The position numbers were made by a program, and so were the translations under genes. A DNA stretch of 64,000 nt from Octopus vulgaris. Taxonomy: Eukaryota. The notes under the pieces were generated by a model. That model was not told the DNA's origin. It saw only the letters and a program-made list of their open reading frames with translations, and made no database searches. Within the stretch, counting starts at the first letter, position 1. Each line of letters begins with the position of its first letter. The stretch is taken from NCBI GenBank assembly GCA_951406725.2, contig OX597815.1, positions 50,406,001-50,470,000 of the forward strand, given 5' to 3'. Below are positions 12,283-26,169 of this stretch, in pieces.

Positions 12283-12324
12283 TGTTGTTGTTGTTGTTGT
12301 TGTAGAAGCAGCAGCAACAGTAGC

Positions 12325-12357
<33 letters not shown>

Positions 12358-12358
12358 T

Positions 12359-12411
<53 letters not shown>

Positions 12412-12696
12412 TGTTGTTGTAGAAGCAGCAGCAGCCTTAGCAGTAGTAACCAAGAATCACTGTAATAACGACAATGACCACAACCATGATGATGAAGAGG
12501 AGGACGAAAACAATGACCACAACGATGATGAAACTAAAGATGACGATGATGATGACGGGGATGGTGATCATGATCATAACGAAGATGATGATGATGGTGA
12601 TGACGATGATGATACTGATGGTGATGATGATGATGACGATGACGACAACGATGACAATGATGACGACAATGATGATGACGAGGACGAGGAGGATAT

Positions 12697-12786
<90 letters not shown>

Positions 12787-12856
12787 GGTGGTGGTGGTAG
12801 TAGTGGTGGTGGTGGTGGTGGTGGTGGTGGTAGTAGTGGTGGTAGTGGTGGTGGTG

Positions 12857-12922
<66 letters not shown>

Positions 12923-13425
12923 AACAAAAAGAAATGATAATAATTTAATGATTTCACTGGTTCTGCTTATGTCTTTTGAAACTATGAATTGGCCCTAATG
13001 AAAGCACCCCTTCATCCCTACCTCTGTGATGACTAGATTCGCTTGAATAGCTGTAAATATCAAATGTTTAAATGATCTCCGAAAAGTTGAATATATGCCA
13101 TTTCAGGCCATGAAACAAAGAGATGTTAATTTGTCTTCTATAAGTTAAGTTTTCGCAGATGATCAATACTAATAATGATAGAAAATGAAATAATGATGAC
13201 GACGGTGGCGGTGGTGGCAAGTAGCGGTGGCGGCGGTGGCGATGGCAGTGGTGGTGGAGGTGGGTAGCAGCAGTGTTGGCAGAAGTAGCAGTAGTGACAA
13301 TTATGATGATGGCAAAGAAGAAGAAGAAGAAGAAGAAGAAGAAGAAGAAGAAGAAGAAGAAGAAGACGAAGGAGAAAACGAAGGAGAAGACGAAGGAGAA
13401 GAAGAAGAACAACAACAACAACAAA
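12219..13425. repeat. Compound trinucleotide microsatellite field (AGT, GTT, AGC, GAT, GGT, GAA, CAA)
   Basis: Directly visible. Confidence 0.97.
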
Positions 13426-13620
13426 AGGGAGAAGTAGATGTAAGGGAAAAAGGTGTTTTATTATGTATCTTTTATGTGTGTGTGTGTGTGTGTGTGTGTG
13501 CTCTGAGTAAACTTTAGGTCATATAGTGATGGAAGTGCAGTCATCAGTGTTAGACCACATGAGTAGAAATGTCAGGAATTCTTCATCACACATTTTAATT
13601 TCAAAATTTTGAAATATTAA

Positions 13621-14006
13621 AGGTGCAGGTGTGGTTGTGTGTTAAGAAGCACCCTTTCCAACCACATGGTTTTGGGTTCAGTCCCACTGTGTGGCACCTT
13701 GGACAAGTGTTTTCTACTAAAGTCTTATGGTCTGCCAGAAGTTTTCTGAATGGATTTGGCAGCTGGAAACTAAAAGAAGCCCATCATCATCATCATCATC
13801 ATCAACTTTTAGCATCCATTCTCCATGGTGGGATGGGTTGGACAGTTTGACAGGAGTTAATCAGCTGGAGAGCTGCCACAGGCTCCAGTTGTCTGATTTG
13901 GCTTGGTTTCTACAGCTGGATGCCCTTCCTAATGCCAACCACTTTTACATGATACCAACACAGACGCTTTTATGTGGTACTGATACAGGCACTTTTACAT
14001 GGTTTG

Positions 14007-14042
<36 letters not shown>

Positions 14043-14200
14043 ACCACCACTTGACATCCAGTGTTGGATTGTTTATGCCTCCATAACTTAGCAGCTTTTA
14101 ACAGAGACTGATAAATTATGCACCACACTCCAAAAACAAGTACTGGGGGCAACCAAACTCTTCATGTGGTGCACAGCCCAATGCTTGAAATAAATAATAC
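13621..14200 (+). mobile_element. SINE family A-like element with an antisense family C SINE nested at about 13783-14000
   Basis: Head at 13621, (CAT)n then ctggatgcccttcctaatgccaaccac nested, and the family A body resumes after (TG)n. Confidence 0.75.
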
Positions 14201-14359
14201 ATGAAAGATATCTACTTTGATTAAACTTCTGCCCTTTTCTTATCATGCCTATCATTAACAGCAAGTATGCATGTTTCAACAGATTGACATGGATTGTCCA
14301 TTTCTCAAATTACCTTCTCCATGGGTACAGGTGTGGTGGTTTAGTTAATAAGTTCACAT

Positions 14360-14746
14360 AGGCACAGGAGTGGCTGTGTGGTAAGTAGTTTGCTAAAACA
14401 ATCACATGGTTCTGGGTTCAGTCCCACTGCGTGGCACCTTGGGCAAGTGTCTTCTACTATAGCCTCAGGCCGACAAAAGCCTTGTGAGTAGATTTGGTAG
14501 ATGGAAACTGAAACTGTATGTGTGTGTATGTGTTTGTGTGTCTGTGTTTGTCCCCCAACATCGCTTGACAACTGATGGTAGTGTGTTTACGTCCCCGTAA
14601 CTTAGCAGTTCGGCAAAAGAGTCCGATAGAATAAGTATTAGGCTTACAGAGAATAAGTCCTGGGGTTGATTTGCTCGACTAAAGGCGGTGCTCCAGCATG
14701 GCCACAGTCAAATGACTGAAACAAGTAAATAAAGAGTAAAGAGTAA
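14360..14746 (+). mobile_element. SINE family A, full length
   Basis: Matches 9734-10156. Confidence 0.92.
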
Positions 14747-17700
14747 AGCAACTACATTTTATCTCAGGTTTAACCCTGCTGCATAGTACCAAGAACAATT
14801 ACCTTCTACAATAACCTTAGGTTGTGTGAGTGAAATTTGGAAAACAGAAACTGCATAGAAGTCCATCAGAGGGATCATTGTTGTTGCCATCATCTGGTCC
14901 TTGGGTTCCTTTAATGGAGCCCTTTGACAGAGCCCTAATGTCCATCAACATGAATATTCCTCACCCAACTCATTATAAGCTTTCATGTTACAGACTGCTT
15001 CTCTGTACAATACTAACAGCATTCTACATCAAAGTGACTGCAAAATTTGGGTAGACAAATGGACTGCATGGCTCTCATGTCTTTTACAATCTTTCACTCA
15101 AACTTCAAAGTCACTGTCAATATTATTAAAGCACAATAAATTTGTACTCCACCAAATGTATTGAGTAATCTTTCAGTTTAACATATAATTGTTTGCATTG
15201 CAACATGAATCGAACATAAGTATATGTCTACATATATATATCATTATATTTATAGATATAAGTTTGTGCGTATATATACATGTATGTATATACATATCGT
15301 TATATATATACACATTCACACACATGCATGCATGCACATATACACATACATATATTTATGGTTATGTACATATATATATATCATTATACATATATGTAAA
15401 TATATAAGTGTGTGTGTGTATGTGTGGCCATCTGTATGCAAATCTACATATATATATATAAGATGGTTTGAGTGCGTAGAAAACCTAAATGTATATCAAA
15501 CTAACTTAATAAATGAAAGTGCATTTATGGTTATTGATATGAATATCTACTATAAGGATGATACAATGCATCACTCTATGTATGTATATATATATATATA
15601 TATATATATTATTATCATAAAACAAATATTGAGTATTCAGCAGAATTTTCTGATTCTCCAAAAATAAAAACAATTTCTTATTTCTGTTGCACTGGAGATA
15701 TGTTCAGTTTATAAGTTTGAACTATTAGTCTATATAAAGTTAAAGACTTTAACTTTCACCAAACTTTCAAAGTTTTTAGCCTACTGCTCCTAACATCTCT
15801 GTTCCAGGAAAATGAACTATTATTTTGATATTTCCATTTTTATTGCAGATATTCTAATTACAAAGGATTTTAATCAACAACAGAAAAATGATTGCCTAGA
15901 AATTAACTGGCAATATTTTTAATACTTTTTCATATATTTTATTTTGTTTGTTCTTTAACACATGAAGATAAATTTTGTATTCAAGTCAATTAACAATTTG
16001 TATGTTGTACCCTTCATCTCTTGACTAAGTAATATATGAGTTTTACGAAGAGTGCATCGGAAGATTTCTATCATAAAAATACATATACCTAGTGGTACAT
16101 AGAAAACTAAAGATATAATATCATTCTACTTTCATTAACACATGATAAACAATATATGTATAGAGCAACCAGTTCTTTATCAGTCTAGTGCTTAATTAAT
16201 ATCTCCATGTAGGAAAGTTGATATAAGCAACGCCTCGTCACACTTCTATACACTTTTGTGTTTTCTTTCCACTTTTAATTGTTCCATGTTTTTTTTTTAC
16301 CCAGTTACATTTCGCCTCCCTCTCGTCCTCCCTGTTCTTTCATCTAAATTAGCCAATCCATTCGTTTAATTACACAAGTTGCCTGCAGATAAAGTCTATG
16401 TTCTATTCTTATACATTTTACAAAACCTACATTCCTAAATGTGTTTTATTGGATTCCCTCCTCTAACATTCGGTTTACCCTTTCAGAAATTTTCCTCAAT
16501 CTATCATCTTGGCTTGTATCATTAGTTTTTTTTATGATAATCTCACTCAAAATAAAAGTGAAATAGGTTATGGGGGAATTTAGTTTATTAGGTAATTTGG
16601 GAACAAATTATATATTTACATTTATATATATTTATTTATCACACATGTCAATCAAAATGCTTTGTTAAATTATTTTGTATTATATTAGATAGTTTTGGCA
16701 TAGAAAGTAGCAAACTAAGCTATATACTTTTATCTAGTAAGATAATCTATTCTGACACCTCACTGTTCTGAGTTCAAATACTACTGACATTGAATTTACT
16801 TCTAATCTTTCTGTGGTTAATAAAATGCTGTGGCTAATATCCCTATTTAGAGAAGTTATTAATTTCTCAAATATTATCTGCAACCACATTATCTGATATA
16901 TTTATAGTAACGAGGAAATGGTGAAATTGGTTAAATGTCAGAAAAATTCATTAAGCATTTAGCATCTCTTGGTGTTTCTCAAATCTTTTCAACATTCTAA
17001 ACTCAAATCTTATTCAAGTTCACTTAATCTTTCATTCTATCAATGTCACTAAAATAAATGCCAACAGTAATACACTTGGGTAAATCTAATTAACTGTTCT
17101 CTTCCCCCAGATGTATAATCTTGGGCTTAAATTAGAAAACATGTTTATAGCAAGAATTACCTATGTATGGTGTTACTAGTATGTTACTACTTTATCAGTG
17201 GTTTCCACCCTTTCACTACCAAGGACCCCTTTACTTTAAATTGGTTTTCTCACAGAACCTAGAAAGATCTGTATCAACTCAATAAGCTGATTTTTTTAAC
17301 TAACAACAAACTTTTGTTCCCAGTTTTATTTTCTAATTGAATGATATATGTAACTGAATTTAGGGTGGCAAAATAGCAGATTTTTTTAATTAACAAATAA
17401 CAATTAAAATTTCTGCAAAGTCATATATTATCTCACTAGCTGTAATCATTACCAAAACATAAAAATATTAATTTCGATTCTTATCACAAAAATAGACAAC
17501 TTTGTCTTTCTCTTGTGTCAGAATAAATTATTGTTGTACATCAGATTCAAAGATAATCTAAACTCAATATGAAACTATCAAAAAGCATCATACAGGAAAG
17601 ATATAGCCCTAGAATTCTATATTTCAATAATACCTAAAGCACTTCTAGTTTCTAAACCAACAACATGGTTGCCCAACCTGCTAGAAATAATAGCCAGATC

Positions 17701-18054
17701 TCCTTCAAACCTTACCCACACATCTTTTTAAACAACATATTGAATAATGTTGTGTGGCTATATTAAGTCTGTAAAACAGACAGAGAGATATGGTTAGTGA
17801 ATCTTTGATTAAAGGTTAGTTTAGTTTGGGCTGATTTGGAGTTAATCATCAATAACTAAGTTCTAATTCTACCATGAAACATAATTGCTTGATCTAATAC
17901 ATTACATTACGTCAGACTATTAGCAAGAGATTTTGCAGCCTGATGTATGTTATATGATTATGATAATTAAAAACTTGACCCCTTTCTTAATAGGACTAGT
18001 AAATGAATTATGTACATAAAGTGTGTTTGAAAGTTCTGAGGGATATGTTTATAA

Positions 18055-18188
18055 ATGTACTGACAGACATAAGTATGGATGCACTGAATGACATATGTAT
18101 GGATGTATTGAATGACATATGTATGGCTGTATTGAATGACATGTGTTATGGATGCACTAAATGACATGTGTATGGATGTACTGAATGG
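18055..18188. repeat. 24 bp minisatellite, about 5.5 copies (atgtattgaatgacatatgtatgg)
   Basis: Directly visible. The ORF track shows the HTYVIQY periodicity. Confidence 0.9.
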
Positions 18189-19734
18189 TGTTTCCTTTAA
18201 GTAAATTTTGTTGACAATGAATGATGTGTGCTGAGTGGAAGGTGTATTGAATTTATGATGAGAGAGACTGCAAGTGGGGAATCATAGTAAAAGGTTGCTA
18301 ATGCAGACCTGGTAACATCAGTCATAACAAAAGAGCAGAGACTTACAAATACAAGTTGCACTGCAGACCCTGACTAGTGAAGCTAGCATGGAAAACAAAA
18401 TTTGATGACAATAATAACAATGCTGCCACCAAGGCCACCACCGCCATCACCTCTGCCTCTGCCACTGATGATGATGGTGGTGGTAGTGGTGGTGGTGGTG
18501 GTGGTGGTGGTGGTGGTGGTGGTGGTGGTGATAATGATGATGATGATGATGATGATGAAAGTTGTTTTGAGTTTTGCTGTTCCCTGTGCATATGATGATT
18601 TATTGTCATTGACAGGTATCACATGATTCTTTGCTGTAGTTATAAACAAGAACCACAAACTCTTGTTAGATTCATTAGTCCAGAGTGCCTTTGGCTGATG
18701 AGATACAGTAATGTTGAAACACTGGGTGTCTCAAGTGTGTTATGAACACAGATTAATCTGAAGAGAGCAGTTGTTCTCCGATGAAACAACAATGATTAGC
18801 ATATTTAGTCTCAAATCTGCCAGAACATATTAAGATTGAATACACCGATCATCATTTTAATTCTCACTGTTCACCATGCACGTTACAATATATTATTATT
18901 TAGTTAAATTTTTTCCAAATACATTAAAAATCCTTTGGTTGTTAAACCAAGGTACTTATGTATTATGAGTAAAGCATAAACATGGAATTTAATTCATTTT
19001 GTAATTTCAGATAAAACGCCATTTTATCTGATAGAGTTTGTCATGAGTATAAAACTCATGAGTCTAGTCTAATCAAAAACTATAATAAACACTTAAAAAT
19101 AATAAACTATCATCAAATTAACCATAAAAAAATTACAACATTGGACAGGATTCTAATTTCTGATAGGCATGACTGGAACTGTCATTATAAGTTGTCAAAC
19201 TATAGTTTGCTATAAAAAGCAATAATTATTACCACATACTTATGAGCTTACAAATATCTAACTTAGGCAATCAATTATACCTAATTTGGCTATTCTCATA
19301 TTCTGGTGCTAAATTACACCTTCTGAAATGAAGAAAAAGAAATAACTAAATATGAACTGAAAAAAAAAAACATCAATATCAGAGCCATCAAAACAAATTT
19401 TTGTCACAGTACAGATAATGGTTAGGAATTGAATCCCATATCAAAGACATTATTCTTTTGATTTTTACAATTTAATGCAATCAATAATATGTACTTAAAA
19501 TGAAAATGGGAATATTTAACAACTCAGGAGACTACAATACACATGACAGCTGAAAGGAAGCGAAATAGTTTTAAGAATGTCATCATACGTAGTCTGCTAA
19601 CATCTATAGATCTTTTCTGTGAATAATGAAATAATTCTAAAAAGGTTTCCTCTTCATTTGGTTGGGGGGGGGGGGGGGATTTTGTTTTGCTTTGTTACAT
19701 TTGCATTAAAAAAATTACACAACCTTCTTACACC

Positions 19735-20175
19735 ACAAAACCAGCCCCAGCCCATTCAAAAGTACCTTGGATCATAGGGCGACCTGCTGTGCTTGGGGAG
19801 ACCTATTGAGTCAAGTACATCAACATCAACATCAAAATGAAAATCAAATGGAAATTGTAGTTGTGATACCCGTGCCAGTGGCACGTAAAAAGCACTATCC
19901 GAACATGGCTGATGCCAGCCCCACCTTGAGTGGCTTCTGTGCCGGTGGTACGTAAAAAGCACCAACAGTTAGTGGCCGTTACCAGCTTCCTCTGGCCCCT
20001 ATGCTAGTGGCACATAAAACGCACCCACTACACTCACGTTAGGAAGGGCATCCAGCTGTAGAAACACTGCCAGACCAGACTGGAGCCTGGTGCAACTGCC
20101 TGGCTTCCCAGACCCCAGTCGAACCGTCCAACCCATGGTAGCATGGAAAACGGACATTAAACGATGATGATGATG
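19735..20175 (+). mobile_element. SINE family C with three internal gtggcacgtaaaaagcac repeats
   Basis: gttaggaagggcatccagctgtagaaac..gcatggaaaacggacattaaacgatgatg tail. Confidence 0.85.
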
Positions 20176-20319
20176 GTGAGACTGAAGGGTAAACTAATAA
20201 GAGAGCATGTTGAAATATTATATAGATTATGTTGAAGAGAAAATAGTCTAGTTTTTTTTTACATAATAAATATCATAAATGGATGTTTGGTTAAGAAGAA
20301 TATTGAAATATCAATATAT

Positions 20320-20720
20320 TTTCTTTTATCTCTTATTTGTTTCAGTCATTTTTATCTCTTATTTGTTTCAGTCATTAGACTGCAGCCATGCTGGGGCACT
20401 GCCTTGAAGGGTTTTAGTTAAACAAAACTATCCCAGTACATTTTTTTTTAAAGTCTAGTACTCATTCTATTAGTCTCTTTTGTTGAACTGCAAAGTTACA
20501 AGGATGTCAATACACCAACACCGGTTGTCAAGTGCTGGTGGGGAATGAACACATACACACATGGATATATATACATATATACGATGGGCTTCTTTCAGTT
20601 TCCAGCTACCAAATCCACTCACAAGGCTTTGGTCAGCTTGAGGCTATAGTAGAAGACACTTGCCCAAAGTGTCACACTGCAGGACTAAACTCACACCATG
20701 TGGTTAGGAAGCAAACTTCT
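20320..20720 (-). mobile_element. SINE family A
   Basis: Reverse complement of the family A motif set, with a duplicated tail. Confidence 0.88.
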
Positions 20721-20907
20721 TACCACACAGTCACGCCTGTTTGATGGATCTTTTTTATGAATATTCTTACGTTTACAATGTGAGTTGTTTCTAGCATTAC
20801 AGAGACTCATCGGGCACCTTTTGATTTTGATGAGTGGGAGTCAGCATTGGTTTCTGGGTTTAACGTTGAGCATGGGATGATTGGTATTGTAGTATTATTT
20901 ATGACTA

Positions 20908-21120
20908 AGGTGGTGAGCTGGCAGAAACATTAGCACACCAGGTGAAATGCATAGCAGTATTTCTTCTGTCTTTACATTCTGAGTTCAAATTTCGCCAAGA
21001 TCGACTTTGCCTCTCATCCTTTCAGGATCGATAAATTAAGTACTAGTTGTGTACTTAGGTTGATCTAATCGATTGGTCCTCCTACCCAAAAATTTCTACC
21101 TAGAGTAGAAAAGATTATTA
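20908..21120 (+). mobile_element. SINE family B (gagctggcagaaac head, gactttgcctttcatcc core)
   Basis: Shared with 30009, 39863 and 44030. Confidence 0.88.
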
Positions 21121-22234
21121 TTTATGGTTGACTATGGAAATATTTTGTTTACAAGGTTTTTTTTATGTAGAGTTTTGTTTTTGAGGAAGGGGTTTTGGTT
21201 GTTTCTAAGGGTTTATCTACGTCATTAGTGGTTGATTTATAAAAGGTTACATTTATTTGAGATCATCCAAGTTAACCACTGTATGGTTATGATTTATCAA
21301 TGTATTTGATTTGGAAGAGTTAGTTCCCAACTGCATAGTTTGGGTTGAAGTCACACTGAATCACACCTTGGGCAAGTGTTTACTATGATAGCCCATGATC
21401 AACTAAAGTCTCATGAACAGATTTAGTATATGGAAAATGGAAGAAGCCTATTGTATGTGTGTGTGTCTGTGTGTGTTTATATTTCTTTCACTTGATGTCA
21501 CACAATAGTTGCTAACAAGCATCGCTATACAAACAAGTATTGTTATTCATTTCCAATCTTTCATAGAAACATGTGCAAACTATGAGATGAAAAATACTTT
21601 GCTTCACAACAGAAAGGGGCATCCAGCAATAAAAAATCTTCCTCAATGAATTCCAGCTGACCCATACAAGCTTAGAGATGTAGACATTTGGAATGATGGT
21701 GTTGATGACGACGACGACGACGACTGTGGTGGTGGTGGTGAGAAGTGATACATATACATCATCATTGTTGTCATAATTTAACATCCATGTTCAATGCTGG
21801 CATGGGCAGGATGGTTTGACAGAATTCAGTTGGTCCAAGCACTGCATTGTGCTCAAGTGTCTACTTTTTTTATGGCTAGATGCCCTTCCTAATTTCAGTG
21901 ACTTTACAGCATGTACTGTGTGCTTTTTTCATGTCATCAGCACTTGTGAAGTCACTATGCAGCTTGCAAGCTACAAATACGCTAGGAGATAAGGAATGAA
22001 GAAGGGTAAAGTATGAAGAAAAAGGGCCAGGATAGTACAAGTTTCTTGCTGTAGAGAGAGAGTGGAAGTGATCAGGTGAAGCTGGAAAGTAATAAAAGTA
22101 GCAAGGAGGACAGTTTCATTTGGATTCTTAGGGAAAGTTTTCCCCATTTACATATGCCATTAATTCCTTAGAAAAGCCATGAATATTTTAATTCTCTGTT
22201 TCTCCTTCCCTGAAATGATTCAGGCATCATATAT

Positions 22235-22490
22235 CATCATCATCATCATCGACATTTAATCTCCATTTCACATGCAGGCATGGGTAGGACGGCTGGACAG
22301 GAACTGACAAGGTCAAGGATTGCACTAGGTACCATAGTCTGTTTTGGTTTGGTTTCTATGGCTGGATACCCTTCCTAACGCCAACCACTCTACAGAAAGT
22401 ACTAGGTGCTTTTTACATGGCATCATCTCCATTGCTTTTTACATGACACTGGCTGTCACACCAATGCTTCTTATGTGGTACCTTGGTTAT
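22235..22490 (-). mobile_element. SINE family C
   Basis: (CAT)n plus gctggatacccttcctaacgccaaccac. Confidence 0.8.
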
Positions 22491-22559
22491 AACACATAGG
22501 TTTTGTAATACACATATTACAAATGAATATTTCAGTGAATCAAATTTGGAAATACTTGT

Positions 22560-22720
22560 TTTAATAATCTGAATAAATACCATAATTTTGAGAATAATCC
22601 CATCAAGGAAAAATCTCATCATTGTTTGATTTTGAACATCAGGACGATATTTTTTTGCTAAGCAACAATAGCATTTATTAATATCTTCTTGTACCCCAAG
22701 AAAGTGAATAGAATATAAAG
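22560..22720 (-). pseudogene. Possible degraded DnaJ (J-domain) coding remnant
   Basis: HFLGVQEDINKCYCCLAKKYRPDV resembles J-domain helix II plus HPD (LGV..IKKAYRRLAKKYHPD). Confidence 0.35.
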
Positions 22721-24466
22721 TTATATGACATATGATAATTTCAGTTAGCATATCGCAGGATTAGATTTATTATGACATAGAGATACTCTGGATTTATGGA
22801 TATATGGATACTCTCTCCAAAAGTATTTTCTTTGTAGTTATAGCAATAACTAAATATTGAACAGAATAATTTAATCATAACATTAACAGTTTTAGATTCA
22901 AAATAATTTAATGGAAATAACATGAGAAAATGTAATAGGAAGTTCTTCGCACCATTTCACCATAATTTTCTTGTGATAAAGCTACATCTAAGAAGGTTAA
23001 CTTAAGTTATTTGGTACATAGTAGAAAACCACAGATTTCTATATTCGCATGTTCCTATAACAAATTGATACTGTCCACAAAAAATAAAAAGAAAATTAAT
23101 AAGAAATATTTATGTATAATCTTTTCAATAAAATATTCCCACAGAAACATGACATGTGATCTTTTATTGCCATGAAAGTAATAGAAGTTTACCTTGAAGT
23201 CAAATATTTATTCTTAAGCTTAGAAAGAAAAAAAAAAAAAGTACTCCCATGATACTATTTTACTGAAATACTGCTATTCAATATGGATATGACAGAGCAA
23301 TTGTGAAGAGAACAGATATAAACATCAGTGAGGTGTAAACTAGCATCCATACAGAAAATGGTCCAATCTTTAATGTATCTACCGTAGGGGCTTATAGTGT
23401 TTCATTCATAAATGTGCATATAAACGCTAAACAAGTCTATGAAATACGCTGCCAGGCAAGTTCTTTTCGTATTTCAATACAAATCAAAAACAGGACATTA
23501 TTTTATAAAATGTTAGAAGCAGTAGCAGTCTAAAAAGAAGAAAAAAAATGAAGATACATTTAATATTAATTCAAAACATCCCAAGATAGTCTAAGTGATT
23601 TCTTTAATAGCAGTTAATGGTTATCATATTTGAATATAGCAAATTCTTAAACCTGTTTTGCAAAATAAAAAAAAAGTATTAGGGTCTAAGAATAAAAAAC
23701 AGCAACAATGGAACCATTTTATGGCAGAGATGTTTTTTGAGTATATCTATTTTGCATGTTGCTTTATTTTTCTCTTTCAAAGAGTGAAAAATGTTTTGAT
23801 TATATTCACAAAAATAGTATCACTCATGCATATATGACTATTTATAATTTGTCTTTGAAAACAAGGGTTAAGCACAAATAAATTTTGTTGAAGCATTTAT
23901 GAGATATTATAAAATATTATTATTTTTGAATTATTAATGAAAAATAGTTAAAAGTTGTAATAGTCTCCTTTGTTTAATCATTTAGTGTCAATCCGTTTTG
24001 AAGTATTGAACACTGTATTTCATATTTAATCATCTGTTGCATATGGACACAAATACTTTTATATAACAAAACATGAGAAGAAAAATTTACAAACTAAATT
24101 CTGCATATGATATTTGTTGATTGATTATCAGAAGAATTATACTGTATTAAAACAGGTTCCAATAGTTACTCGGCCTGCATGAAATAGCTGCTAAATCTCC
24201 CTTAAAGCACACCTTGCCATTCTTAGAAAGAAAGGACACTTTGGATATTGCAATACTAAATAATACAATTTCAAAAAAGCAAAAACAAAAAAAAAGTGGA
24301 CAAATTAATTAAATAAGCATATAAATAAATAAAAATATACCTGAATTATATAACTTTATTAAAAACTTGTTTTTAGTTTAAAATGATTAGAGCAAAATGT
24401 TTTTAAATATGTAAATATAGTTTAATCCATTTATTGTATCCTTTATTTTCTGAAATATGAGATATA

Positions 24467-24467
<1 letters not shown>

Positions 24468-24504
<37 letters not shown>

Positions 24505-24700
24505 CTTAATGTCTGTTTTCCATGCAGGCATTAGTAAGATGGTTTGATTGGAACTGTTCAGTTGGAGAGCTGCACCAGATTCCAGTCTGTTTTGGCTTGG
24601 TTTCTACACCTGGATACCCTTCCTAATGCCAAGAACTACACGGAGTGTACTGGGTACCTTTTACATGTCACCAGCATGGATGCCTTTTATTTGTCACCAC
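24468..24700 (-). mobile_element. SINE family C
   Basis: (CAT)n plus ctgcaccagattccagtctg..cccttcctaatgcc. Confidence 0.8.
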
Positions 24701-25045
24701 ATCTTCCAGGGTCTGGCTCCTCCACAGGTTCCCACCATAGTTAGAAATTGGTATTTCTGTGTGTGTGTGTGTGTGTGTAGCTATAGGTATAGAATATCAA
24801 GTGTAAATGTTATCTCTCATATTCCCTTAGTATACTTTTTACTGTAATCGCTAAGATAAAGACTTATTTACTTTTGGCTGTAGTAATCTTACATATTCCT
24901 TGAGAATCATTGTTGTTGTATTACATTAACAGTAGTTCTTCCAAAAAAGTTCACTTTAAGAAAAAATAAGAACTTTCTAGATAGATATCAGTGAGTAAGG
25001 GGTGCAATTCTCTTTATTGCTTTTCTTAATACAATAAATAAACCT

Positions 25046-25373
25046 ACGCCAGGTGCTCACAGGCATATGGCTTAGTGGTTAAGAGTGCAGGTTACTAACT
25101 CCAAGATTCCGAGTCCAATTCCAGGCCGTAACCTAAATAATAATAATAATAATAATAGTAATGATCATAATAATAATAATAATAATAACATCAAAAAATA
25201 CCTTAGAAATAAGAACCCAAGTTTGAAATTTCCCCAAGACACCTGATAAAAACTGGAGAGGGTAAATCAGCCAAAACGTTGTGTTAACAACAAACAAGAT
25301 GAAGACAAATATCTGTCAAATGTAAATAATGTAAACAATGTACATAATTCCTCGTCTCTTAAATATAGAACTG
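25046..25373 (+). mobile_element. tRNA-headed SINE containing a degenerate minimal hammerhead, with 10 bp TSD
   Basis: TSD AAATAAACCT at 25036-25045 and 25374-25383. A box tggcttagtgg, B box gagtccaattcc. Hammerhead-like segment at 25238-25285. Confidence 0.82.
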
Positions 25374-25439
25374 AAATAAACCTTTTCTTATAAAAGTTAA
25401 TAAACTAGCTATGCTCATGAATGCATAAAACTTAGAATA

Positions 25440-25864
25440 AAGTGAAGGGCCAAAAAGCAGCACAATGGAACAACAAAGAAACAACACTAAATGACATTTT
25501 CACATTTATAAAACAACTGAAATAAAATTGGGCTGAACACATTCACTGGATGAGTGGTGATAAGTGGATAGGAAAGGTGACAGACTGGATTCCAGGTGAT
25601 CATGTAGGAGACAAAAGAATGAATTGGATAGATATGACAAAAATTACTGTTATCTCTTCATCTTTTACCTGTTTCAGACATTGGATTTCGGTCATACTGG
25701 AACACTACCTTGAAAAATTTAGTCATAGAAATTGCCCCAGTATTTATTTTTTAAAGTCTGGTAATTATTCTATCAGTATCTTCTGCTGAACTACTATGTT
25801 ATGGAGCCATAAACAAACCAGCACCAGTTGTCAAGTGATGACAAACACTGAGACACACGTGCAT

Positions 25865-25904
<40 letters not shown>

Positions 25905-26140
25905 GTGCACACACACATACACACACATAACTGCCTTCCATATAGTTTCCATCTACCAAATTTACTCACAATGCATAGTTCAATCTGAGGCTATGGAACA
26001 AAACACTTGCCCAAGGTGCCACACAGTGGGACTGACTCCAAAATGTGAGCTTCTTAATCATGTGGCCATGCTTGAGCTTATTGGAAGCTGAAAGAAAACC
26101 AAGATAGCCTTTGTTCAGCAGTGGGAAAGCAATGGCTGAT
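25440..26140 (+). mobile_element. RTE LINE 3' remnant, interrupted by an antisense family A SINE (about 25660-26080)
   Basis: KQLK*NWAEHIHWMSGDKWIGKVTDWIP, then AFVQQW-like gcctttgttcagcagtgg after the SINE. Confidence 0.7.
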
Positions 26141-26169
26141 TTGAAAGCTATATAATCATGAGGAGATGA

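Noticed and set aside
12187-13517. Poly-S/T/M/E ORFs
   Set aside because: These are translations of trinucleotide microsatellites, open in several frames on both strands, with no domain or splice support.
17196-17260. cagtggtttccacc hAT-like terminus
   Set aside because: No matching opposite TIR or 8 bp TSD found.
18055-18188. Regular repeats as a CRISPR array
   Set aside because: No unique spacers. It is a minisatellite in eukaryotic DNA.
18343-18609. Pro-rich ORF with a signal-peptide-like stretch ending at a GTAAGT
   Set aside because: It is built from GGT/GAT repeats, and the adjoining gctagcatggaaaac matches the SINE family C tail, so a real exon is unsupported.
23290-23530. Unique sequence with short open frames on both strands
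   Set aside because: Bounded by stops, weak splice sites and no recognisable motif.
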